Source: a virus
Reading direction: 5' to 3' (one strand)
DNA length: 64,000 bases
IMG/VR virus record: IMGVR_UViG_3300017766_002362
Location: 7,785-71,784 of that record
In this document: in pieces, positions 1 to 8,587 of the stretch
Layout: each line of letters starts with the position of its first letter
Numbering within the stretch: the stretch's first letter is position 1
Program-made: the position numbers and the translations under genes
Notes under the pieces: generated by a model
Databases searched by the model: none
What the model was told of the DNA's origin: nothing
What the model saw: only the letters and a program-made list of their open reading frames with translations

Positions 1-9
1 TGCATTCAT

Positions 10-564
10 TTATTTAGTTGTCCACCAGTCGGGCTGTCCACGAACTTTCCATGTAGCAAATCTAACCTTATGGACTCGGTAATAGTTCCGATAAGCCTCA
101 ACGGAATCGTTTATAATCTTTACATCTTCGGGCATGGCTTGGGGCGGCTCGGTAAAGATTCCCGCTCTGGGGATGTTATTGGGGGCGAAACTCAGAGACT
201 GTATAACGAGGGAAGTCTTGTGCTGTTTGTCTTGATCGCCGCCATAACGGAAACGGTACTCTTGGCATAACTCTGAGGCAAGATTCCACAGCCACTGGTA
301 ATGACTGAGTTCCTGGCGTGCCCAGACCGCTGAGGGATGGTTAATATGGCTCGCCTTATACAGTATCGGCTCACGGTGATCTTCCAACTTCCAGCGTTTC
401 ATCTTACGACCATTCGCGTTTGGCTGGATATAAGTTGTACCATCAAGCATACGATGTGCTGTTGACATCAACTGAGCATACTCAATGATCATCTTTACGA
501 CATGTTTGTCGCAGTGATATTGCGCAGCAAGTTTAGCATCACGATCTAGGTAGAAGATATTCAC
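10..564 (-). CDS. Pyrimidine-dimer DNA glycosylase / endonuclease V-like (Pyr_excise family)
   Basis: NIFYLD...HCDKHVVKMIIEYAQLMSTAH...H.NHPSAVW...PPQAMP motifs; GTG start at 564 with GAGG RBS (ORF track start 624 is too long). Confidence 0.8.
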   Translation of the reverse strand: MNIFYLDRDAKLAAQYHCDKHVVKMIIEYAQLMSTAHRMLDGTTYIQPNANGRKMKRWKLEDHREPILYKASHINHPSAVWARQELSHYQWLWNLASELCQEYRFRYGGDQDKQHKTSLVIQSLSFAPNNIPRAGIFTEPPQAMPEDVKIINDSVEAYRNYYRVHKVRFATWKVRGQPDWWTTK

Positions 565-796
565 TCTGTACCTCAAACGTTCTGTCTTTCTCATTCCAAT
601 GTTCTTCAACAGCACGCTTTGCAAAATCTAACGTTACATACTGACCGAGCACTAGTTCTTCAGTTGCTGATAAAGGAATCTTGGCACCCCATATAGAAGT
701 ATACGCCATATTATACACTTGACCAACTATCAAGCCATCGCGCACTTGATAGAAGTATTGCACACCCTTATCTACATCACGCCAATCTCGCCTCAT
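539..796 (-). CDS. Hypothetical protein
   Basis: 85-aa ORF tightly coupled to neighbours (ATGA overlap). Confidence 0.6.
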   Translation of the reverse strand: MRRDWRDVDKGVQYFYQVRDGLIVGQVYNMAYTSIWGAKIPLSATEELVLGQYVTLDFAKRAVEEHWNEKDRTFEVQSEYLLPRS

Positions 797-1338
797 TCAG
801 CCAATTCCTTAATAGTATGGACTTGATATTTGCCAGCCCAACTTTTAGTTTTGGTAGTCAATTCGTCATCTGTTGATGAGAAATAAAAATGCAATCCTGT
901 GGTGCACATTGCTTTCTTCCAGACATTATACGGAAGAAGAAACATTAAAAACTTGTGTGTATCAGTTTTATCATGGTGAAATGTAATGAACACACGAAGC
1001 GGTCCACGCTTTGTCCTCAATGCAGCGGCAGGCAATGTTGCGTAATTGCGATATACAATTCTCCCATTACAATTCTGTACACTATGTTTCTTTAAACGCG
1101 CAGTCAAATACTTCGCGTCTGAGCCATCAGTGAAATCTTCACCAACCTTGTTAGAATGTTGTAGACTACCATTATCTAACAGAATTCGTTCTAACAGATT
1201 GGACATAGAAATAATTCCTTCAGCCGCCATCTTTCTAACAGCGACAGCAGAAATACTTGTTTTCTTTTTATGCTTCCAAAGAAACTCAGCAGCCAAAGAA
1301 TCGCAAACAGAAAGTTCTTGAGTATGATTTGTAGCCAT
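793..1338 (-). CDS. Hypothetical protein, possible PD-(D/E)xK nuclease-like
   Basis: LLE...GEDFTDGSDAK motif; ATG at 1338 preferred. Confidence 0.45.
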   Translation of the reverse strand: MATNHTQELSVCDSLAAEFLWKHKKKTSISAVAVRKMAAEGIISMSNLLERILLDNGSLQHSNKVGEDFTDGSDAKYLTARLKKHSVQNCNGRIVYRNYATLPAAALRTKRGPLRVFITFHHDKTDTHKFLMFLLPYNVWKKAMCTTGLHFYFSSTDDELTTKTKSWAGKYQVHTIKELAE

Positions 1339-1355
1339 GATAATTTTATCCAAGT

Positions 1356-1388
1356 AAAAGAATCTGGGGGACTTTCGCCCCCCAGATT
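1356..1388 (-). terminator. Rho-independent terminator
   Basis: Minus strand AATCTGGGGGGC-GAAA-GTCCCCCAGATT followed by CTTTT. Confidence 0.75.
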
Positions 1389-1398
1389 TATCATCATC

Positions 1399-1812
1399 TT
1401 ACTCAGCGTAAGATTCAGAAAGACCCAACTCAGCCTTCAGCGAGGCAAGTTCGGCGTCGCTATCAATCTCTTCAACATCAAGGGTAGGAACATCGCTGTC
1501 AGCAACAGCCGACTTACGAGAAACCGTAGCCTTCGTGCGAGAAACAGCAACCTTAGTAGCCTTCGGCTTCGCAGCCTTGGCAACCTTCGCGACCTTCGTC
1601 GGGATCTTGACCTTATCAGCATTCAACAACTGATACGTCAAAACCTTACGACCATCACGAACTGTCTCAATCTCAGCACCAAAATCATTTCGGAGAGCCG
1701 AGATCAAACACATGATAGAACCCTGCTTCACGTCGAGAGTCTTGAGCATATTCTCAACCGCAACAGGCTTACCATCAGCCATCATCGTAAACAACACTTC
1801 AACTTTCTTCAT
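1399..1812 (-). CDS. Putative DNA-binding protein (winged-helix-like N-terminus, Lys/Ala-rich linker, acidic tail)
   Basis: 137 aa; KVAKVAKAAKPKATK basic tract, acidic C-terminus; own promoter and RBS. Confidence 0.55.
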   Translation of the reverse strand: MKKVEVLFTMMADGKPVAVENMLKTLDVKQGSIMCLISALRNDFGAEIETVRDGRKVLTYQLLNADKVKIPTKVAKVAKAAKPKATKVAVSRTKATVSRKSAVADSDVPTLDVEEIDSDAELASLKAELGLSESYAE

Positions 1813-1818
1813 AACAAT

Positions 1819-1892
1819 ACCTCAATAGAATTAACAACGGACAATAACAATTATACTACCAACAATCGCAAAAGTAAAGCACCAAGAATTAG
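1819..1892 (-). repeat. 74-bp direct repeat copy 1 (early promoter TTTACT-N17-TATAAT plus GAGG RBS)
   Basis: Identical to 2252-2325. Confidence 0.95.
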
Positions 1893-2242
1893 GCAATCCG
1901 CTCAACCTTGAGCGCAGACTGCGTATCGGTGAACAGATAATCCGCATTATACTTGTTTCGCAAAGACCAGCGAGCGCGCAGCCACTTCTGTCGAAACTTG
2001 GTGCGACGCATATTTCGCGGAAACAGAAGATACTTCACACCACCAACAGGAATATCAAGCAGCGTCTTGCGATTACTGAATTCCCAAGTTTTGCTAGGAT
2101 TTGATATTCCGAGTTCTACGCGCAATTCCCTGAGTTCACTCTGATTGATATCCACACTCTTTTCCCGACGCTCAAAGAAACGCTCAAGAACAATTTCACG
2201 GATGACCTCTTTCGTCAAATTTTCGATGTTCAAATTACTCAT
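1889..2242 (-). CDS. Hypothetical protein flanked by 74-bp direct repeats
   Basis: 117-aa ORF with RBS inside the repeat. Confidence 0.7.
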   Translation of the reverse strand: MSNLNIENLTKEVIREIVLERFFERREKSVDINQSELRELRVELGISNPSKTWEFSNRKTLLDIPVGGVKYLLFPRNMRRTKFRQKWLRARWSLRNKYNADYLFTDTQSALKVERIA

Positions 2243-2251
2243 AATAAAATA

Positions 2252-2325
2252 ACCTCAATAGAATTAACAACGGACAATAACAATTATACTACCAACAATC
2301 GCAAAAGTAAAGCACCAAGAATTAG
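2252..2325 (-). repeat. 74-bp direct repeat copy 2 (promoter plus RBS)
   Basis: Identical to 1819-1892. Confidence 0.95.
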
Positions 2326-2543
2326 CAGACACTAACCTCAACGCGCCACAATTTCTGTCGACCACATCGAGGATGATCCCGTCGCGCCTCATTCTCGAGG
2401 CGCTTAATTAGCGTAGGCAATTCTTTAGCACGAAACGTGTGAACCTCAGTGTAGTCTAGATATGTTGCTGATGATCCGTTACAAATATCTCGACCACGAG
2501 CAGCAATACCAAACCACATTTCAACATGAAATTTCTTTTTCAT
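2322..2543 (-). CDS. Hypothetical protein
   Basis: 73-aa ORF coupled by TAATG overlap. Confidence 0.6.
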   Translation of the reverse strand: MKKKFHVEMWFGIAARGRDICNGSSATYLDYTEVHTFRAKELPTLIKRLENEARRDHPRCGRQKLWRVEVSVC

Positions 2544-2881
2544 TAGACCTCCACCAGACCAAGAGTCTTATTCAACTCAGCAATCTGCTCAGGCGAATAC
2601 ACAACGCCATCGCTCGGCTTACGGTAGTTCTTACGAATTTGCTTCGGAGCCGAAGCCTTCAGACGCAAGTCAGCAAGACGCTGCTCCATCGCAGTAATCT
2701 TCGCCGCACGCTTCTGCTCGCGCTCAATCTTTCGCGTCTGCTTCAGCATTTCGCGCTCAAGTCGAACGGTCAATCGTAGACCATCGATCGTCTCGCGCAA
2801 TTCCTTTACACGCTTGAGGGCGACCCCAAGATCCTGACGCGCATTATCCAGCGCGACTTGGCTTTGTAATTTAGTCTTCAT
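2543..2881 (-). CDS. Basic coiled-coil protein (leaderless)
   Basis: 112 aa; ATG 6 nt after the -10; resembles 2945..3223 (AKI.AME.RLA.L). Confidence 0.7.
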   Translation of the reverse strand: MKTKLQSQVALDNARQDLGVALKRVKELRETIDGLRLTVRLEREMLKQTRKIEREQKRAAKITAMEQRLADLRLKASAPKQIRKNYRKPSDGVVYSPEQIAELNKTLGLVEV

Positions 2882-2887
2882 ACAATT

Positions 2888-2947
2888 ATTATCCTATAAT
2901 CAGATAAAATTAGCAATAGTAAAAAATCGTTTAGAATCAACGACTTA
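2888..2947 (-). promoter_or_regulatory. Sigma70-type promoter (TTGCTA-N17-GATAAT) with IHF-like box at 2935-2947
   Basis: Hexamers read directly; AATCAACGACTTA matches WATCAANNNNTTR. Confidence 0.7.
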
Positions 2948-3223
2948 CGCAGCAGCCTTCAGAGCGGCAAGTTTGGCTTCCATCGCGGCGATCTTGGCGA
3001 ATCGCTTTTCGTTGCGCTTCGCAAGTCGCAGAGTGCGCTGCTCCATCATCACGATGCGCTTGTACTTGCGCTCATCCGCGAGGACTTCCTGGTGCATCGT
3101 GATGTTCAGACGACACTGCTTGATCGCAGCGCGAATCTTGCGTTGGTCGTCGAGGAGATTCTTGATAGCCTCGCGCTCAATTTCAACCATGTGACGACGC
3201 TGCTTTAATGTTAAACCTGACAT
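2945..3223 (-). CDS. Basic coiled-coil protein
   Basis: 92 aa, AGGA RBS; similar to 2543..2881. Confidence 0.7.
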   Translation of the reverse strand: MSGLTLKQRRHMVEIEREAIKNLLDDQRKIRAAIKQCRLNITMHQEVLADERKYKRIVMMEQRTLRLAKRNEKRFAKIAAMEAKLAALKAAA

Positions 3224-3273
3224 ATTTTATTCCTTCCTACTTCGGGGGGACCAATTTCCCATCCCATACAATC

Positions 3274-3428
3274 ATTATACTATTGGGACCAAGACTTGTA
3301 AATAGGAAAAAAACTAATGGAATCAATGACTTACCCGATCGGGAAAAAATCTAGTAAAATCAATAACTTACGCACATATTATCCCGAACGGGAATGGCTG
3401 GAAAAAGCCTAATAGAATCAATAACTTG
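3274..3428 (-). promoter_or_regulatory. Promoter TTTACA-N17-TATAAT with three IHF-like boxes (3321, 3358, 3416)
   Basis: AATCAATGACTTA, AATCAATAACTTA, AATCAATAACTTG. Confidence 0.75.
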
Positions 3429-3524
3429 CGTGTGGGCTGTGGAGTCCTGTGGAGTCCTTGGAGGGACGACCCGAAAACAGGGGGGATAGCCTACCCTGTA
3501 GCACAAAAGAGCCAATAGAAGATC

Positions 3525-3598
3525 TGGTAGCGGAGCCAGGAGTTGCACCTGGAATTGAGGATTATGAGTCCTCTGTGATGCTGTTTCACTACCCCGCA
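3525..3598 (-). tRNA. tRNA-Met(CAT), initiator-like
   Basis: Cloverleaf, CTCATAA loop, 1:72 mismatch, encoded CCA. Confidence 0.85.
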
Positions 3599-3697
3599 AC
3601 AGGTTGTTTCTTTTCTTCCCTTTTCTTTCCGAAGATGCGATCCCAGTTATCATCAAACTGTTTTCTCGGAATACTAATTGGTCTTGGCTTGCTTCCC

Positions 3698-3880
3698 TTA
3701 CCTGCCATTTTGTTTCAACCACTCTTCTTCACCATAAAACTTTGGTGAGTCTTCTAATTGTTTTTGCGTCTCCCATAGAATCTTATATAGTTGTTGCTTT
3801 GCGCCAAACTGAAAGAATCCATCCATGTAATTGTCGCGCATGTCAAAACCTAAGTCGCGAATTCGGTCAATGGTGCTCAT
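3698..3880 (-). CDS. Hypothetical protein
   Basis: 60-aa ORF with GGAG RBS. Confidence 0.6.
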   Translation of the reverse strand: MSTIDRIRDLGFDMRDNYMDGFFQFGAKQQLYKILWETQKQLEDSPKFYGEEEWLKQNGR

Positions 3881-3881
3881 A

Positions 3882-4448
3882 TCAATTTCTCCACACTCTA
3901 GAATGTTTTGGGATACTTGCTTTTAGATATTCCATCTGGTCAGCAAGAACCTTGCGATTCTTTAGCAGTATCCGTTCATGTACTGTTGGCGCATAAGGAA
4001 CATAGAGGAGATGCATCTTTGCTTCTTCTGGCGTCTTCCAACCTTTGCGATGATTACAGGGACGGCAAGCAGTGACGCAATTTGTCCACTGGTTGCTACC
4101 TCCACGTGACTTTGGATGCACGTGATCAATTGTAAGTTGGCTTGAACTAAACTCATTACCGCAATATGCACACATATGTTGATCGCGAGAATAAAGAGTC
4201 ATGCGATCTGCGAATTTAGTTTGCTGATTATAAAACTTATCGCCGAGTAATGGTCCACTGACACCAATAATGCATGAAATGTCTATTCGTGATTGTTCGC
4301 CTCGGTAATTATGACCACCGAACATGGTTTTTACTTTTTCGCCAAGTTCCCAGATAACTTTGTCTTTTGCATAGTAACATGCTGCAACTTCAAAGTTACA
4401 CCAGTCTTTGGGCATACCACCTTTATCTACAACTAAGACTAACGACAT
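3882..4448 (-). CDS. HNH endonuclease
   Basis: CAYCG...TIDHVHPKSRGG.NQWTNCVTACRPCN.RKG; true start MSLVLVV at 4448 (longer track ORF runs into tRNA-Leu). Confidence 0.9.
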   Translation of the reverse strand: MSLVLVVDKGGMPKDWCNFEVAACYYAKDKVIWELGEKVKTMFGGHNYRGEQSRIDISCIIGVSGPLLGDKFYNQQTKFADRMTLYSRDQHMCAYCGNEFSSSQLTIDHVHPKSRGGSNQWTNCVTACRPCNHRKGWKTPEEAKMHLLYVPYAPTVHERILLKNRKVLADQMEYLKASIPKHSRVWRN

Positions 4449-4468
4449 ATTCTCCTCTACTTTATTTA

Positions 4469-4552
4469 TGGTGCCCAGAAGAGGACTCGAACCTCCATGC
4501 CTTTCGGCAGTGGCTTCTAAGACCACCGTGTATACCATTCCACCATCTGGGC
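4469..4552 (-). tRNA. tRNA-Leu(TAG)
   Basis: Cloverleaf with long variable arm, CCA end. Confidence 0.9.
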
Positions 4553-4563
4553 GTTTTAAATCT

Positions 4564-4653
4564 TGGCGGAAGTGGTAGGATTCGAACCTACGGTTCCCGT
4601 GAAGAAACGACAGTTTTCAAGACTGTTGCGATCAACCGCTCTGCCACACTTCC
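4564..4653 (-). tRNA. tRNA-Ser(TGA)
   Basis: Cloverleaf with long variable arm, CCA end. Confidence 0.9.
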
Positions 4654-4973
4654 TAATTGTTAACCTTATTGTATTCCTTTCGTATGAAAATGTCAAGTGC
4701 TTCTACAATCTTAGCAATTCTAAGAGTTTGATTGTTTCCAGCAAACTCCATTGTCTCTGCCTTGTATGTATGTAGCATCATCTCAAGATCATAACCTGAG
4801 ATTTCTTTTGCTCTGACTTTTGCTAGCAAGTTTCGATATGCTTGTGCTTGTGGATAGACTCTTGGATCATAAGAGATTCCACTTGAACTTGCTCCTTTGT
4901 TCTCAAGTGCGTCACAGAGCACTTCAACATGAGGCTGCAAATCTTCAAATCTAAGTTTCTTTTGTTCTGACAT
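4653..4973 (-). CDS. Hypothetical protein between tRNAs
   Basis: MSEQKKL start at 4973. Confidence 0.55.
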   Translation of the reverse strand: MSEQKKLRFEDLQPHVEVLCDALENKGASSSGISYDPRVYPQAQAYRNLLAKVRAKEISGYDLEMMLHTYKAETMEFAGNNQTLRIAKIVEALDIFIRKEYNKVNN

Positions 4974-4977
4974 AAAT

Positions 4978-5053
4978 TGGTGCACGGAGTAGGACTCGAA
5001 CCTACATAATTCACCGTGTAAAGGTGACGCTTAACCTCTCAGACCATCCGTGC
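4978..5053 (-). tRNA. tRNA-Val(TAC)
   Basis: Cloverleaf, TTTACAC loop, CCA. Confidence 0.88.
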
Positions 5054-5068
5054 ATAAACTCCTATATC

Positions 5069-5242
5069 TTACAGAGTAGGACCCCATTTATCTATGGGGC
5101 ATTTAGCAGGTTTCCATTGAGTTTTTAGATGGATGACGCAACCGCACTTTGAGCAAACACCAAGTTTATTGTGATCGCATGACTGGCAGATAGCCAATCT
5201 TTCTTGTTTAACTTTATCAGATGCTATCTTATCATCAAACAT
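5069..5242 (-). CDS. 57-aa Cys-rich protein (not in ORF track)
   Basis: Manual translation MFDDKIASDKVKQERLAICQSCDHNKLGVCSKCGCVIHLKTQWKPAKCPIDKWGPTL. Confidence 0.75.
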   Translation of the reverse strand: MFDDKIASDKVKQERLAICQSCDHNKLGVCSKCGCVIHLKTQWKPAKCPIDKWGPTL

Positions 5243-6256
5243 TTAAAAATTCCGAAGATCAAGTGGCTTTTCAATAGGAATCAATATCTCATCATTAATA
5301 ACAGCAAACTGTGGATATTTTATTTGATTTTGTATCAACCCATGCAAAATCATTGTCATGTTCTTTTCGCTTCTACCAACAAAGAATAAGTGCGTTGCTT
5401 CCATATCATAAAAATTATAAAGATAATCATCAGACTGCCTGTCGCTTATAGTAAAGAAAATGCATGGTCTGTTGACATTATCCTTCACATGAGAATATAT
5501 GTGTGGTCCTGAACTCTTACCGATAATTATATCACAGAAAGTGCTTAGATAAGCAATCTCATTCATATCTCCGCCCAATACACCAGCAAAGATATCATCA
5601 GTAAAATATACATTCTTTATTTTTTCTGGAATTTGTATAGAATGTGTGCAAACAAATGTGTAATTAGGATTATTCATTGCCAAGGTTATGATTGCTCCTT
5701 CCATTAAATGGATGTTAGAGTATGTTGTTTGCCCAGACATAGAAAAACCATTACAGAATAATATGATATTGCGTTTACCATTTAGAGTTTTTTCTAGAAA
5801 TTCATTTGCTGGTCCAATAACAAACTTACTCCAATCAGTGGTTGGAATACCATCCTTTGGAGAAAGTCTTTCTTGAAAATCGCGAAATAAACGTACCCCA
5901 ATTAAACTTTGTAGTGTGTAGAATATAGAAAACCACATCACGTTTATCATGCCTATCGTGGCATGTTCTTGTGTTTTTGTAAAGAATCCTCTATACGCAC
6001 CAACCCATGTATTAATGTATATCGTATCTTCTATTTTAGTGACGGTCTGGTTGTCGTCTACTGGCAGCGTATCAGTTCTATTTAATGAAATGATCTCAAT
6101 TCCCAAATCAGACAATAACTTTGGGCTGTTTTTATGAGCAAAACTAAATGTGAATTTACCTGAAGGAGTGAGCGTTTGTATTAAACGCTGCATGTAACCT
6201 TTAGATAAAAACAAATCTCCGTTATGCATACGGTTATAGAATACTATTTTGATCAT
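5243..6256 (-). CDS. Putative glycosyltransferase (GT9/GT-B-like)
   Basis: N-terminal HNGDL and C-terminal CDIIIGKSSGPH resemble GT9 GD and DSGP.H motifs; follows nucleotide-sugar genes. Confidence 0.5.
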   Translation of the reverse strand: MIKIVFYNRMHNGDLFLSKGYMQRLIQTLTPSGKFTFSFAHKNSPKLLSDLGIEIISLNRTDTLPVDDNQTVTKIEDTIYINTWVGAYRGFFTKTQEHATIGMINVMWFSIFYTLQSLIGVRLFRDFQERLSPKDGIPTTDWSKFVIGPANEFLEKTLNGKRNIILFCNGFSMSGQTTYSNIHLMEGAIITLAMNNPNYTFVCTHSIQIPEKIKNVYFTDDIFAGVLGGDMNEIAYLSTFCDIIIGKSSGPHIYSHVKDNVNRPCIFFTISDRQSDDYLYNFYDMEATHLFFVGRSEKNMTMILHGLIQNQIKYPQFAVINDEILIPIEKPLDLRNF

Positions 6257-7410
6257 AAATTTTTGAGAATATTAGAAAGAAGATTTAAATGTTCATCGCC
6301 AACAAACTGACTGTTACCAATATACAAACCATGATCGTTAATTAGATCTGCAGTATATGTTTCCTTTGTTGCGCCAAAATCATATCCCTTTAAGAAAGGT
6401 TGACGCAGTAAATTACCACCAATAACTGGTCTGTGTTCAACGTTGTTGTTGTCGAATGCCAACTTCAGTTTACTGATTGTTTCTTTTTCTTTCGCAATGA
6501 ATGGGAAGCAAAAATTACTGTTTTGTTGTTGCAGATGGATCAGATAGAACTTATCAGCGTGTTCAGAAATTATGCCAACAAATTTTGTAAAGTTTTCTCT
6601 TCGGATTAGAATATTATCATCCAATCTCTTCAATTGCGACAAGCCTAGCACAGCGTTTAGATCTGAACTTCTGAAATTATAACCATCGGTCATAAACAAA
6701 AATTGCGGATGAATTTCTGGGTGTTGATTCTTATACTTTTCCAGATTTCCGCTTTCTCTAGCCAAACCGTGGCTTCGTTTCATTCGCATCAATTCATATA
6801 AGTCTGGATCATTTGTGCTGACCATACCACCTTCTACTGTTGTCATGTGGTGACCGAAGTAGAAACTAAATGTTGCTCCAAGGGAATCTGCGCCCCGACG
6901 CTTACCATCTGGAGCAAGGCACCCATGGCTTTCGCAGATGTCATCGATAATGATTGCTTGTGGGAAAATCTCTTTATATCTTTCGGTTTCTGCGCTAAAT
7001 CCTAGAAGATGAGAAACAAATATCATTTTAATATCTGGATGATGCTGGCGGATTTGTAGCATGTGTTCAATATCAAAACTAAAATTCTGAATGTTCACAT
7101 CGCAGAATACAGGTTGAAGTCCCAATTGAAAAACGGGACTGACATTTGTAACCCAAGTACATGCAGGAAGAAGAACCTTATCACCATTCTTCAAACCGAA
7201 CTTTTCTTTTACTGCAGCAACAAGAAGAAAGTTTGCCGTTGATCCTGAACTAACCATCAACGAATATTTTGATCCTAGCCAGTTAGACCATTCTTGTTCG
7301 AATTCTCTTACTTTAGGTCCATTGGTGTATCGATCAGAAGTTAGAATAAATCTAACTAGATCAAGTTTATCCGAATCAGTTACCGCATTATCCATTAAAC
7401 TCCAACGCAT
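6253..7410 (-). CDS. DegT/DnrJ-family PLP enzyme, ColD-like GDP-4-keto-6-deoxymannose 3-dehydratase
   Basis: SSGSTAN, DDICESHG, FSFYFGHHMTTVEGG (His at the usual catalytic Lys position). Confidence 0.8.
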   Translation of the reverse strand: MRWSLMDNAVTDSDKLDLVRFILTSDRYTNGPKVREFEQEWSNWLGSKYSLMVSSGSTANFLLVAAVKEKFGLKNGDKVLLPACTWVTNVSPVFQLGLQPVFCDVNIQNFSFDIEHMLQIRQHHPDIKMIFVSHLLGFSAETERYKEIFPQAIIIDDICESHGCLAPDGKRRGADSLGATFSFYFGHHMTTVEGGMVSTNDPDLYELMRMKRSHGLARESGNLEKYKNQHPEIHPQFLFMTDGYNFRSSDLNAVLGLSQLKRLDDNILIRRENFTKFVGIISEHADKFYLIHLQQQNSNFCFPFIAKEKETISKLKLAFDNNNVEHRPVIGGNLLRQPFLKGYDFGATKETYTADLINDHGLYIGNSQFVGDEHLNLLSNILKNL

Positions 7411-8402
7411 TTTAAATCCTCCTCGCACATCTCATTTACCAATGAGTGAATATCGTATTTCGGCTGCCAATTCAACAGCGTTTTCGCTTTGGTCGGATCA
7501 CCAAGTAGATTTACTACATCAACTGGTCTGTAGAAATCCTTATTGACCTTAACCCAGATTTTTCCATTCGGATCTCTAGCAACTTCGTCTATGCCAGATC
7601 CTTCCCATGTTAGGTTGACACCAAAATATTTTGCTGCTAGATTACAAAACTCTCGAATAGAGTATTGTTGACCTGTTGCTATAACAAAGTCATCTGGTTC
7701 GTTATGCTGTAGAATTAGCCACATTGCCTCAACATAATCTTTAGCATGACCCCAATCTCTGAGGCTGTCTAGATTGCCTAATTCTACATGACTTTGTAAG
7801 CCACGATGAATATTTGCAAATGCCTTTGTAATCTTTTTAGTCACAAACATCTCGCCTCTTCTGGGACTTTCGTGATTGTATAAAATTCCAGTAGAGGCAA
7901 ACATGTTATAACTGTGTCTGTAATTCTGAACGATCCAGTGAGCATAAAGTTTTGCAACACCATACGGACTTCCTGGATGAAATGGTGTTGATTCATTTTG
8001 AGGAACATTAATGTTAGTTCCATACATCTCACTAGTGCTTGCTTGATAGAATTTACAATTTAATTTAATAGAACGAATAGCCTCTAGAATTCTCAGTGGT
8101 CCCAACCCATCGATTTCGGCAGTGGCTATTGGCATTTCAAAACTGAGTTTTACATGACTTTGAGCAGCCAAGTTGTAAACTTCATCAGGTTGAATGTTTA
8201 AAAGACAGTTCGCCAATGCAGCACTGTCAGTTAGATCTCCGTTATGAAGAACTAACTTGTCTTTGACGTTGGCTATATTAGGATGATTAACAGAAGAAAT
8301 CCTTCTAACCAATCCATGGACTTCGTATCCTTTTTCTAAAAGGAATTCCGCAAGATAACTACCATCTTGTCCAGTCACACCAGTAATAAATGCTTTTTTC
8401 AT
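7395..8402 (-). CDS. gmd: GDP-mannose 4,6-dehydratase
   Basis: ITGVTGQDGSYLAEFLL, YNLAAQSHV, FYQASTSEMYG, NHESPRRG, RDWGHAKDYV. Confidence 0.97.
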   Translation of the reverse strand: MKKAFITGVTGQDGSYLAEFLLEKGYEVHGLVRRISSVNHPNIANVKDKLVLHNGDLTDSAALANCLLNIQPDEVYNLAAQSHVKLSFEMPIATAEIDGLGPLRILEAIRSIKLNCKFYQASTSEMYGTNINVPQNESTPFHPGSPYGVAKLYAHWIVQNYRHSYNMFASTGILYNHESPRRGEMFVTKKITKAFANIHRGLQSHVELGNLDSLRDWGHAKDYVEAMWLILQHNEPDDFVIATGQQYSIREFCNLAAKYFGVNLTWEGSGIDEVARDPNGKIWVKVNKDFYRPVDVVNLLGDPTKAKTLLNWQPKYDIHSLVNEMCEEDLKCVGV

Positions 8403-8426
8403 AACAACCTCTTTCTATATATAATC

Positions 8427-8503
8427 TGGCGCGATCGGAGGGACTCGAACCCCCAACCTAGAGATTAGAAATCTCTTGCACTATCCGATTGTGCTACGAC
8501 CGC
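8427..8503 (-). tRNA. tRNA-Arg(TCT)
   Basis: Cloverleaf, CCA. Confidence 0.9.
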
Positions 8504-8509
8504 AGATAG

Positions 8510-8583
8510 TGGAGCGGGATATCAGAATCGAACTGATGACGAAAGTTTGGAAAACTTTAGTTTTACCATTAAACTAATCCCGC
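8510..8583 (-). tRNA. tRNA-Gly(TCC)
   Basis: Cloverleaf, CCA. Confidence 0.9.
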
Positions 8584-8587
8584 ATTC

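Noticed and set aside
3525-4653. Prophage attachment site at tRNA genes
   Set aside because: No integrase, no duplicated tRNA 3' end and no host-like flank; the tRNAs belong to the phage array
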